Positions 48,957 to 62,040 of a stretch of DNA of 64,000 nt are shown here, one piece after another. The DNA lies in contig NC_042998.1 in assembly GCF_006345805.1 (NCBI RefSeq), positions 194,060,001 through 194,124,000 of the forward strand. The letters run 5' to 3'. Both the position numbers and the translations under genes were made by a program. Below the pieces are notes generated by a model. That model was not told the DNA's origin and did not search any database. It worked only from the letters and a program-made list of their open reading frames with translations. Positions within the stretch are counted from its first letter, which is position 1, and each line of letters opens with the position of its first letter. This DNA comes from Octopus sinensis (lineage: Eukaryota).

Positions 48957-51900
48957 TCTTTATCCACTTTCAGCACACAACTGGTAATGCCGGGGTACCG
49001 CCATTTGGTGTTGCTACATAATTTTACTTCACAAATGCTTTTTAGGAATTGACATTTGGTGCATGATGGAGTTTGATGCCGCTGCCCTCATCTGCACCTC
49101 CTACCGGGAAGCTGGCTCATCTGGGACACTTGACGGTAAGAAGTCCAGCTTTATTTTGAAGAGACCTACATTCACCCCATGCAGGTCTCTCAGGTCCTTC
49201 GGGAAGATATTGAAGAGCTGTGAAACTCTGAAGCCCAGACTATCACAGTATCTTGTCCTACATCTTGATGGCAAATTTGGAGTCCTTTGCACTATGCAGT
49301 GGCGCCCAGTTCTAGTACTTGTGTAAATCTCGATGCCAAAGTTTGGAACAAGTCCTTCCAGAATCTTCCAGATGTATATTATGGCGTATCTTTCTCGCCT
49401 ACGCTCTAAGGGATAGTCTTAACCTCTTGAGTCTTTCCCAATAGCTTATATGCTGCATGGAGGCTATCTTCGTGTAGCTTCGTTGGACTGCTTCAAGTTC
49501 TGAGATTAATTTGACACTGGTTGGTAACCATAGCTGAGAGCAATAGTCAAAATGGCTTAGGACAAGTGTCCTCCAGAGAACCATCATGGTTTCCTGATCT
49601 CTTGTTCTAAAAGCTCTAAGAATCCATCCGGTCAGCCGCTTACATTTCATTGCCAATTTAGCAACATGCACATGAAAGGTTGCATCATTACTCATGTAAA
49701 TACCCAGGTCTCACACTGATTGTACCTCTGGGATTGCAATCCCACCAGGTCCAGTGTATTTATTGGGTATTGCATTTAGTTTTGCATGCTGATAACACAA
49801 AGCTTGAAACTTTTCAGCATTGAACTGCATGCTATTCTTTTCAGCCCACTTGTATATTTCATCCAGTTCACATTGCAGGTGCATAGTGTCTTCAGGGTTC
49901 TGTATTACCTGTGAGACTTTTGTATCATCTGCATAACTTGTGATCGTGGCTCTCTGTGTGACTGAGAAGGCCATTATTAACAGTAGTGGTCCCAAAAGAG
50001 TACCTTGCGAAACACCGCTCACTATTTGCGTGCCATTTGAGGTGGCCCCATTGGCTACTACCACCTGACTTCTATCCTTCAGAAAGTCAGCCATTCTCCC
50101 AATTTTCCAACTATGCTGAGATCACCCAGTTTGTGACATATCATTCCATGATCGACTTTATCAAAGGCCTTTGCAAAGTCGAGATATATCACTTCCACAT
50201 TTGAGTGGTTGAGCAGCTGTTTCAGCACCCAGTCATAGTGTTGTAAGAGCTGAGTTAGGCAGCTTCTTCCTCCTCTGAAACCATATTGGGTGTCAGGCAG
50301 CAAGTCGTTTTCTTCAAGGAAGGCGATTAGTTTTTTCTGACTATTCGTTCCATGACCTTGCGATGTGTGAGGTCAGAGAGATAGGCCTGTAGTTCTTGGC
50401 CTCGGCTCTGCTACCTCCTTTATGAATAGGGCATATTTTACCCTCCTTCAGTTTTCTTGGAAGTTTGCCAGTTGCAAGGAGGCTCTGAAAGAGGGACTGC
50501 AGTGGTCTTGCTAGGACTCGCTTACATACTTTTAGAAGGATTACTGGGAATCCATCAGGGCCAGTAGCTGAGTTTGGGTTCATTTCATCTATAGCCCTTA
50601 TTACATCGTTTTCCTTTATATTGATGTAATCAATCATCATTGCCTCTATTTTTATATCTGCATTGGTAAAGAAGTCAGTTGGATTGCTGACTTGCAAGTG
50701 TCCTAGGGGTGGAGTGAAAATACTTTTGAATTGCTCATTTAGTATTTCACTTATCCTCATTGGATTTCCTGTGAGTGTACCATCTTTTTCGAGGAGTGGC
50801 CCTATCCTGCAGTGCACCGGAGCTGTTTCTTTGGCAAACTTGTAGAAAGCTCTGGGGTTAGATTTTATATTGTCTATAGCCTAGGCTTCTTTGTCTGCTC
50901 TTTCTTTTTCACAGGAGAGTTGCAGAATTTTTCAATTTCCAGCAGTTGTATTTTTAGGCGGGACTTTTTACTGCTTTAGATTTGTTTGTTTAGGCGATTT
51001 GAAACTTTTGTACGCCGTCTCATAAGAATTTTCCTCTCCCTAGGGATTTTGTTCTTGTGTACAGTGGCCTTTCTCTTCAGGACACATTTGTAGCATATGG
51101 CTTGCATTACAGACATGAATTGTTGAAATTTCATGTCGATGTCCGGTGAGGAGAGACATTTAGGCCAGTTTTGTTTGAGGATCTCTTTCTCAATTTGTTT
51201 CCAGTTTGCCTTATGGAATTTCAAGCTGGAAAAATTCTGAGAGTTCCTTGTAGGCTACATGCCCATGGTTTCCTTTGGTCTGTACATGGCCAGCTCTTCC
51301 ATGTTGTGATCCGAGAGTAGCGTCGGTGTCGCTTTCACATTATGGATGAGATCCATATTATTTGTGAAGCAGAGATCCAGTATGTTACCTGCCCTGGTTG
51401 GTTGGAGTATTATTTACTCCATGTACAGAGTGTTGATGAGGTTCAGGAGGGGCTTTACCTCTCCTAGTTCGCATCATGCCATTACTGGGAGAGAAAGCCC
51501 CTCGGGCCATCTGACATTGGACAGATTGAAGTCTCCCATAAGAAGTACACTTATGTGTTGTTCTAATGTAACTAGAACTTCTATTTTTGCAAGGCAGTCT
51601 TCAAACTTGCCTACATGATTCGGAGCATCTGGAGGGCGATATGTAGCACATATAACTACACCGAGTTGCCTTATATGTACAATTAGTGTGCCACATACTG
51701 AATTTGAGTATGACAAAAGGACTTGAGGTGTGAGGTCTTCGCAGATGTACATAGCAACTCCACCATGACTCCTTTCTTTCCTGTCGGTCCATAATACAAC
51801 ATACTGTGGTATGTGTATTTCTGCATTTGCTATATCTGGTTTCAGGTGTGTTTTCGTAAGTGCTATGCATAAGGCTTGAATGCATGCAACAAGGTCTCTC

Positions 51901-52880
51901 AAGAAAGGAATTTTTGTCCTGTTACTAAGTGTTAACAGTTCTCTAATGTTCAGTAAGAGCAGTGATGTGATATGTGTGTTGTTGCCAGTGGTGCCCACTT
52001 TGGGTCTATTCGCTGTGATGGTCTTGTGTATTGGGGATAGTCCCATCTGTTAGATTGATGTAGCCAGGTCAGCTACTGTGCAACCTTTTGTGCTATGCAC
52101 AAAAAAGATTCTTGTTCAGCAGCTGCCCTTTCAACAACATGTTGATAAGTCTGCTTTGTAACATGTACTAAATCTGCGTACCTCCGTTTTGGGGCAGGTG
52201 CTGCGTAGTCCTTTCCTTTTGGCAGGTGGTTTCCGCCCTGTTTCATGTTTCATGTGGTGGGGTCTTTGGTGTGCAAAACAGCAGCTTGCACCTCCCTCTC
52301 CATGCCAGCAGACACATTTCAAGTAGAATTTGCACATTCGTCTGTGCTGTCTCTTTTTATCCTTTTTGTTATATGGGTAGTCAGGTTTGCTTCTTTCTTT
52401 GGCTGTTTCATCTTTTGTTTTTGTTTTAGTTCTTGTCCCTTCTAGTTGTTCTTTCTTGGCTCTTTCACCTCCCTGGTTTTTCGCTTTGATGGTGGTAGGG
52501 GCACTTGCACTTGGGTGTACTTTCCGGGCAGGTTTGTCGCTTGAATCTTCTTTGTTTTCTTGAGTGTCTACCATGTAGAGGTGACATGTTTCATCTACAT
52601 CCGTGACTCCATCCTTGTCATTTTGCTGTGTTCATTATCAAAGATGGCTTCAAGAGTGCTGATGTGGGATCGTATGAGAGCGTAGGAGCCGTGTAAACTC
52701 CTGATTCTTTCGTTCTACCTGTGCTAAAGTTCTGGTGTAATCATTGCTCTTCAGCGCAGCTATGATTATATTGTTTGGGTAATCTCCATCAGCACAGTAC
52801 TAGGCTCTCACAAACAATGCCAATTCCATGCTCCTCCAGTTCCTGGGCATTTTTAATGAATATTTTATTTAGTTATTTAT
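48956..52880 (-). mobile_element. Near full-length decayed CR1-group LINE (ORF1 with CCCH finger; ORF2 APE + RT)
   Basis: EN: LLLLNIREL...HGGVAMY...TYRPP...MGDFNL; RT: QYGFRGGRSCLTQLL, YLDFAKAFDKVDH, GVSQGTLLGP, YADDTK; C-terminus VPDEP...AAASNSI; many frameshifts and stops. Confidence 0.92.
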
Positions 52881-53179
52881 CTATTTATTCTTAAAAATTT
52901 AACGGTGTGATGGAGGGTAGTGAAGAAATAAAGAAAGTGTGTCTATATATTTAGAGAGATTGAGAGGCTGATAGAAGAGAGGAAGAGAGAGAGAGAGAGT
53001 GTGTGTTTGTGTCTATATATTTAGGAAGATTGAGAAGTTGAGAGAAGACGGTGTGACAGAGAGAAGTGAAGAGACAGAGAGAGGGAGTGTAGTATTCATA
53101 GTAGAGGTGAGGGTCTGAGAGAAGACCGTGTGTTAGAGAGAAGTGAAAAAATAGAGAAGACAGAGAAAGAGTGTATCTA

Positions 53180-53644
<465 letters not shown>

Positions 53645-53794
53645 ACACTTATAAATAAGGGCAAACGAAAAAAATTCTAATGCCAAATATGCCGAAATTA
53701 GACAGATTGTCCATAATCATTATAATTTTTCACAATACGCACGCTACTCGAAAAAGGTCGACAGAAATTTCTAAAAAAAATTCCATTATTACCA

Positions 53795-53850
53795 TATCGG
53801 ACCGATTTCAGGGTTAGTTCATAAGAACACCCCCCCTTCGTCAGTGATAA
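53795..53850 (-). ncRNA. Putative type I minimal hammerhead ribozyme
   Basis: TTATCA CTGACGA AGGGGGGGTGTTCTTATGAACTAACCCT GAAA TCGG TC CGATA: intact CUGANGA/GAAA/UC core, stem II AGGG/CCCT, stem I TATC/GATA with one A-C mismatch. Confidence 0.6.
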
Positions 53851-56051
53851 GTGTGGCAAAGAAATAAATGAGATACTTACTCATACACATGGAAGAAGCA
53901 AACTCTAAGTCATGAGCACAATTAAGTACCCCCAAATACATCCAAAAAAGAAATTCTCCAGCCCATTCGAGAACGTGCGGTTTGAACTGAGGCACTCACA
54001 GAGTGGGAGAGTCCGGAAGTGAACACTATTAAATTTATATTTAATGTAGGATAAAATTTCTTTCGAAAAAAATTTTTATCAATGGCCAGCATATTAAAAA
54101 ATACCTTTAAAGGTTAAATTTATAAACAACTTATAAATAAGGGCAAACGAAAAAATTTCTAATGCCAAATATGCCTCAGTTCAAATCGCACGTGTCTCGA
54201 ATGGGCTGGAGAATTTCTTTTTTGGATGTATTTGGGGTACTTAATTACCAGTAAGGAAAAATATAAATACAGAATCAAAACTCGGTTCTATCTCTTTGGT
54301 CACTTGGCACCTAGCCGAAGAGCATCTATTTCTCCCCCTTCACTTATGGTTTGTTATTGCGCGACAATACAGCTTTCACCCTGTCTACTTGTCAGCCCAG
54401 AGAGGTAAACTCTCGTACTCTTTCTCTCTCTCCCCACTTATCTCATCAGTCTTCTAGCAGTCAACAAAATATGAATTTAATTACCTACAGATTGGATAAC
54501 AGAATGACAAATAATTTGCGTATAACAACTCAAAGAAGTTGTATGTTACATTATAACGATGAAACTAATGGGCTATTTCAATCAACTAATAATAATTTTC
54601 TTCCTCTCATTATCTGCAACTTATAAACCGTTATAAGAGTAATGCTTCTTATCTGTTTAAAAGCCCCGATTAGCATTTATAATACATTAGCAATAATCTG
54701 ATTCGTTGAACAGAGCTAGGTAATAGTAATATGGTGGTAATTTAACCAAGGTACAAGTAAAGTAACTATACTTTTACAATTAAAAATTGCAGGACTAAAT
54801 TTTACACTTAATAAAATGCATCACAACCAAAATCGCTCAATTACGGATTCACTCAGCATACTTTTAGATAACTTTTTACGACTCCAGTGCTTGAAGGACT
54901 TAGATAGCAATATGATTTCAGCATCATAAGACTGATATATCAAATATATATATTCTGACTAGCAGAAAAAGCAAAATGAACTACATCTGATAGTAATACT
55001 CTCTCATCTCCCGGATTTACCTCTACACACCATAATATCTTAGCAGTACATGGAACCAGCCGATCGATGCTTGATATAATTACATAAGTATTACGGATAC
55101 AAACAGCAAGTGATCCCTCAGACATAAACACCAGTTATTTCTCAAGAGATCGGGCCCGGTCAACAACCTTATTTGCTTATTATTTAGTACGCCACATATA
55201 ATACCCCCCGCCATCACACACACCTAACTAATAACCCCACATTAGCCAGTCATCTACTTTCAGACATGCAGAAACATTTTTTTCTTTTGTTAAAAAAACA
55301 AACAGGTATTTTTCTTTTCTTTTGTTACGAATCCCGAAATTTAACGCTGCAAATCTACTTCTGACTGAAGTCTTATTTGTATATTTATTTTAAAAAAGAC
55401 AAACATATCACTCTGCAGAGAGCCATGTGGGCAGGCAGGTTTCAATTCGAATCAATTCTTTTTAATTTAATAAGAGACAGTGCTTTAAATGAGGTTCTGC
55501 TTCAACAGAAGTTACAGCTTGATGAAAAATCCAATCTAAACAGACATCTGCACGTCCATCCACAAGCAAACATCACAGCACACGCAAGTATGAACCTGGT
55601 TATCGATCTGTAGGATTGTGAGGTAGATTTTCAGACACCTGGCTACTCCTGTCGTCTTTTACCACTCTCTTTACGAATATATAATCACACAATACACCTA
55701 CTCAACCCCCACACATACTCACACTGGTGCACACATGCATTCACATGTATATACTGTAAAACATCTTACATCGTAACATTTCACAATCCATCAAACGCTT
55801 CTGGAAAAGACCAGCTACTGTTCCTCTCATACTTTTCTACATTTCTATTTAAAATTCATTGAGGCTCTGGTGAGCTAGACACGAAAGAAATATTTTCGAG
55901 TTACCACCCTTGCTTTTCCTTCGTTGGATAAAGCATTACTCAATAAATGCTCCCTCTCCTTCATTACTTTTATATGTATATTCCATGCTGTAAATATTTT
56001 TCTGTTCCCCTCGGGCTTAATGTTGCCTTGTCATGTCAGTATATATTTTTT

Positions 56052-56280
56052 TACTATCCACAAGGGGCTAAACACAGAGGGGACAAACAAAGACAGACAA
56101 ACGGATTAAGTCGATTACATCGACCCCAGTGCGTAACTGGTACTTAATTTATCGACCCTGAAAGGATGAAAGACAAAGTCGACCTCGGCGAAATGTGAAC
56201 TCGGAACGTAACGACAGACGAAATACGGCTAAGCATTTCACCCGGCTTGCTAACGATTCTACCAGCTCGCCGCCTTTTGT
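56052..56280 (-). mobile_element. Monomeric tRNA-SINE (family of 8263)
   Basis: Head + single body. Confidence 0.8.
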
Positions 56281-57098
56281 CATGTTAGTATATATACATC
56301 CTCTGTATATACACATATTTCTGTCTCCCAACTGAGCTGGCAGATATGTAAACGTCTATAATATTTCGCTGAAGAGGTCTAATAGCAGCAAAATATGTCC
56401 TGAGTTGTCAATGGTTCAACCAATGATCGAGCTAGTCTCCTCTCCACCCATTATGTTTCTTATTTCCAATGTTAATTCACATGAAATTCGGTGCATCAGT
56501 CTCTTTCATTAAAAAAAAATTATATCTTTTCAACCGCCACCCTTGGTTGTTTTAGTTAAACAATGTTCAACAATGCATACTTATCTTGCTTCTCTCAAGC
56601 TATATGCTTCTTAGCTGGAGCTTCTTCCAGTTTCAGAGGCATACACTTACCACTCCTGAACGGAACGCTGGTCTGCTGCAAGGTCGGTTCAAAATGTATA
56701 TGTGCATGTATGCATGTGTGTATGCATGTATGAATGTAAATATGTATATACCAGGTGACGCTGAAAAGTTCCTGGTTTAGAGTAAAAGAAAATCTAGCAG
56801 GATCAATTGATTAAGATTTTATTTAACATATTCCCCTCTCAGATTCACACACTTATCCCAGCGGACCTTCATTTTTTCGGAAGGTTGGACCTCCAACCAA
56901 GCCGTTCGCGATACTCTAAAAGCCAGAAACTTTCCAGCACCCAAGCGCATGTACACACACACACACACACACACACACATCCAATGATGATGCTCGTATA
57001 AGCGTATAAGCGTATAACAGATGAACAACGGACTAGTCCGGATTCTTAAAATCCAACCTCCCAACAGGGATAGTAATATTTCTACGGAAAAGCACATT

Positions 57099-57133
<35 letters not shown>

Positions 57134-57139
57134 CTGTGT

Positions 57140-57328
57140 GTGTGTGTGGCAAGTAGCTTGCTTACCAACCACATGGTTCTGAGTTCAGTTCCACTGTGTG
57201 GCACCTTGAGCAAGTGTCTTCTACTATAGCCTCAAGCCGACCAAAGCCTTGTGAGTGGATTTGGTAGTTGGAAACTGAAAGAAACCTGTCGTATATATAT
57301 ATATGTGTGTGTGTGGGTGTGGGTGTGT

Positions 57329-57368
<40 letters not shown>

Positions 57369-57575
57369 TGTCTGTCTGTCTGTCCCCCACCAACGGTTGA
57401 CAACCGATGTTGGTGTGTTTACGTCCCCGCAACCTAGCGGTTCGACAAAAGATACTGCTAGCATAAGTACTAGGCTTACAATGAATAAGTCTTGGGGTCG
57501 ATTTGTTCGACTAAAGGCGGTGCTCCAGCATGGCCGCAGTCAAATAACTGAAACAAGTAAAAGAATAAAAGAATT
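57140..57575 (+). mobile_element. CORE-type SINE
   Basis: Matches 24762-25187 in the opposite orientation. Confidence 0.8.
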
Positions 57576-58105
57576 GAAGAATATATATATGTATATATAT
57601 ATGTATATATATATGTATATATGTATGTGCATATATATATACATATATATATATACATACATATACATATATATGTATACATACATACACATATGCATAT
57701 ATACACACATTCACATTTACATAGATATACATACACACATGCACAGATATACTTATATATGCACACACATATAAATGCTTTCATCTCTCATTCATCAACG
57801 GTCTTTCACTCTCACACTGATTAACAAAACCCACCCCACCCGAAACACACCCAAATCCCATATATAGAATCACAAAACCCACAAATGCTCAGATCTGTTT
57901 GACAACGAATGCGAGAAAGTTCTCCAAAGAAGTTAACAAGAAAATTTTTTTTAAATATTCTCCACACCCAAGTTAACAAAGAAGTTACTAGACCTATGAA
58001 CTAAAATCTATATTATTAAAAAATTAAAAAATGATAAATTAAACTGATTAGGACTACAAGTGAAGTCATTCTTTTTCTGTTTTCAAATATATATATATAC
58101 ATATA

Positions 58106-58312
58106 GTTCAAATTTACAGAATACAAAAGACGAAGACAGGTGTAAAAACAACAAGCATGTGTATTAGTTTAATACTCGGGAAAAATGGAAAAGTCTTTTA
58201 TGTTTCGAGCCAATGCTCCTCGACAGAAAGGATTAAGAAGAAAAAAATGAAGAGAATGAAAAATAAAAAACCGAGAGAGAAAAACTGCGTAGAGTTCAGC
58301 GGTCCAACATGA
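58106..58312 (-). mobile_element. Short ORF-less element with minimal hammerhead-like motif (58195-58230)
   Basis: Minus strand CTTT CTGTCGA G GAGC ATTG GCTC GAAA CATA AAAG; flanked by (TA)n and (TG)n; similar layout to 17534-17726. Confidence 0.6.
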
Positions 58313-58344
<32 letters not shown>

Positions 58345-58351
58345 CGTGCGT

Positions 58352-58672
58352 ATGCTCATGGCTTAGTGGTTAGAGCACCGGGCTCATAACCATGAGGTAG
58401 TGTGTTCGATTCTCGGACCTGAGTGCGTGTTGTGTTCTTGAGCAAGACACTTTATTTCTCGTGACTCCAGTTCACTCAGTGGCAGAAATGAGTGGCAACG
58501 TCATTGATGCCAAGCTATACCTTGGATAACATCGGTGGTGTGGAGAGGAGAGCCTCGTATGTATGAGCGACTGTTGGCCTTCCATAAACAACCTTTCGCG
58601 GACTTGTGCCTGGGAGGGGAACTTTCTAGGTGCAATCGCATGGTCATTCATGACCGAAGGGGCTCCTTTCCT
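58352..58672 (+). mobile_element. tRNA-derived SINE of a further family
   Basis: TGGCTTAGTGGTTAGAGC A-box and GTTCGATTC B-box, then TTGAGCAAGACACTT. Confidence 0.7.
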
Positions 58673-58694
58673 TTACTTTACTGTATGTATGTAT

Positions 58695-58728
<34 letters not shown>

Positions 58729-58756
58729 CACAAATATATTATATATACATACATAC

Positions 58757-58835
<79 letters not shown>

Positions 58836-58840
58836 ATATA

Positions 58841-58871
<31 letters not shown>

Positions 58872-59415
58872 GAGTGGACAAACGAACGAAAGAGGCACTC
58901 AACACATTTAGTTGGAGTTACAAGTATTATTTAAAACAGTCCGATTCGGTCTCCGGGCTACTTCAAGTTTCGTAGGCTCCAGGAGGGGCCTGTAATGTTT
59001 GAAGTAGCATGGAAACCGAATGGAACAAGAACGTAACAGGTGACAACAAAACATTCGGACAGTTAGACGATACATAAAAGGACAGGAAAAAACAAGGACT
59101 AGTCATTCGGAGCTTTCAATCTTCAGTCGAGTACCAGATCGTCTTAGTAGTTTCCCCGGTTACTCTCGAGACAGCTCTAATCTGGCCGGCTCCAAGAAAA
59201 TCTAACTAAGAGCACTAGATTCTTTAGAAGAAAGCAAGCGAATGTATGCGAAAGCAAGGGCGAAAAAAAACAGAGAAATAGTACACAATTACAAATACAC
59301 ACAACAGGACATTAACAACAGGTGTCTTTCGACTAAGGACGAATTAAATTAAGCTGGCATGTGTGGAAGTGAAGCCTTACGGCAGGAGTATATATTATAT
59401 ATATATATATATATA

Positions 59416-60676
59416 TTGGGTTGGCAAGAAAGTAATTTCGTTTTTTTTTGTGTGAAATAAAAGTCATTCTTTTTCATACAAAGAATGAACTTTAATCGAT
59501 TATATATTTTCCATTTTGTTCGATGACCTTTTGCCATCTTTCTGGCAACTTCATGATTCCGCACTCATAGAACTTCTGGTCCTTATCGGCCAAAAACTGA
59601 AGCAAGCCCGTTTTCCCTTCATCATCATAATTGGAAGTTTTACCATTCAAAGAATTTTGCAAACTTCGAAATAAATGGTAATCTGATGGTGCAATGTCAG
59701 GGCTATTTGGTGGATGTAACATCACTTCCCAACCAAGCTCCAATAATTTTTCACATGTTAGCAAACATGTGTGTGGCCTAGCATTGTCATGGTGGAATAC
59801 GATTCCTTTACGATTTGCCAATTCTGGCCGTTTTGCTTTGATGGATTCCTCCAGTTTCATTAGTTGTTGACAGTAAACATCTGAATTAATCGTTTATCTC
59901 CTTGGAAGCAGCTCAAAATACACAACACCTTTGTAATCCCACCAAATTGACAGCATGACCTTTTTTATGCAATTCAGCTTTCTATGTGATTTGTGCTGGT
60001 TCATTACGCTTGGACCATAATCGTTTTCAATTGATGTTATTATAGACAATCCATTTTTCATCACCAGTGATGATTCGTTTCAAAAAGAAAAGGTCGATTT
60101 CATTGCGTTTGAGAAGCATATCGCAAATATTGATTCCTTGTATTAAACGAATCTCTTTCAAATTATGTGGAACTATTGAGCTTCTTAACGAGTTCAAGAC
60201 ATTTTAAGTGATTTTCAGTTGTTGTGTGCAATCTCTCGCACAGTTATATTACAATCAGACTCAATTATGACTGATTCAGTCATCAACTTCAGTAAGTCGA
60301 CCAGAACGTTGGTCATCTTTGAGTGAAAAATTTCCGGAACGGAATTTTTTAAACCATTCCTGACATGAGCATTCTGTGAATCAATCAACACCATAAAATT
60401 CACATATCTTTTTGTGAGCTTCAATAGCTTTCTCGTCTTTACGGAAATAAAAAACGCAAAATATGGCGAAAAATGTTCGTTTTTGTACTCCATGTTAAAA
60501 TTGACACAGAATGAACATCTGTAAACAAAATTTACGCGCAATTTGCTTCTAAAGTAAGTCAAAAGTAACAGCTATCAAATGTCAAAAGGTGAAAATCATA
60601 ACATTGACAAAAATCATTAAAAAAAAAAATCGTAACTCTATTTGCGGAAAACGAAATTACTTTCTTGCCAATTTAA
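59416..60676 (-). mobile_element. Full-length decayed mariner transposon (DD34D), mellifera-subfamily-like
   Basis: TIRs TT(GGG/AAA)TTGGCAAGAAAGTAATTTCGTTTT with TA flanks, 1261 bp. Transposase 60493-59492: MEYKNEHF, VPHNL, ITGDEKW, HDNARPH-x-SPDIAPSDYHLF with 34 residues between the last two Asp; frameshifts and stops. Confidence 0.93.
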
Positions 60677-61349
60677 TATATAAAATTATGGCATAAATAT
60701 TTATGCATACATGTATGTATGGATAGATAAATTCTAACAAACAAATAATCTGAAATTGAACTTTGCTGCTGATTAATTTAAAATTGTTTATTGATTTTTA
60801 GCGCTTTCGGATTTAAAAGTCCATCATCAGCCATGTTGTTTGCTTTTGTTACGACATCCTTAACCGGATAAGAAGACACTATTACTGTTAGTAGAAACAG
60901 TATATATGTTTCCATGTATCAAGCTCAAACCGCTATTTGGTAGTTATACGTAGCATGTCGAGTAGGTGTCGTTGCTTCGAGCTTGTCATGTTGTGGTGAT
61001 TGCCATAAGAAATGCTTTACTGTATGGCTGTCTATACGTTTCAGTGTAAGAGTATGAACAACAATTATGTTATGTACTTTTCCCTATGTTGTTATCGCTA
61101 TTCAATCGTAGTTTGTATTACTTAAAAATATTTCCTTTATTTGCCCGTATTGGATATTTGGTTTTCTCAGAACAAAATTGAAGTGCAAAGTGTTGTGATT
61201 CTGGGGATTTGTTTGTAGCACACGTCTCAACGTTCGCTTAGAAGAGTCTGTCTCTATTAGCATCTTGTATCTATTGACGACGAATAATCAATCTGTGCCT
61301 TAAATTAAGTTTCGTTTGCCCTCTCTACACTTCATTACACCTAGTATAT

Positions 61350-61580
61350 ATTTCATTACTACCCACAAGGGGCTAAACACAGAGGGGACAAATAAGGACA
61401 GACAAAAGGATTAAGTCGATTACATCGACACCAGTGCGTAACTGGTACTTAATTTATCGACCCCGAAAGGATGAAAGGCAAAGTCAACCTCGGCGGAATT
61501 TGAACTCGGAACGTAACGACAGACGAAATACGGCTACGCATTTCGCCCAGGGTGCTAACGTTTCTGCCAGCTCGCTGCTT
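61350..61580 (-). mobile_element. Monomeric tRNA-SINE (family of 8263)
   Basis: Near-identical to 56052-56280. Confidence 0.8.
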
Positions 61581-62040
61581 ACACTTCATCCCACCTATTA
61601 TACTTAACATAAATTAACGCTTTTGACGAACAAGTGAAGTGGGTTTTTTTTCATTTTGAAAATATGTTCTGATTTAAATTTACAAAACGTCTTCTATAAG
61701 ACTGATGCAAATACTGCAGTTAGGAAGACTACATTTTGACTGTTGGTGTTATGTTTTGAGAGAATAATTTGGCACCAGTATGCAATATTTTTAAAGGATT
61801 TTGGTTGTCTTCTACTTTTGATTATTTTTCGAGGTCTTTGTCATTTTTTTCAGCTTTGCTTCAAAAACGAAGTGTATCGATAGATAATATCGTATATTTC
61901 CATATTTCTTGGTTTGTGTGTTGTAATGTAAGGTAGGATATTGGGTGTTCTTACCTTTTTTTCTTTTTGGCTCTTCGTAATTCTTGAATGTCAATTTCCG
62001 TGCCACGTTCATTCTGCTATCAATCAACATTGTTGGTTGC

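Noticed and set aside
58352-58430. Functional tRNA genes (also heads at 46790-46826, 25130-25187, 62380-62437)
   Set aside because: A/B boxes are present but there is no complete cloverleaf, and each continues into a SINE body.
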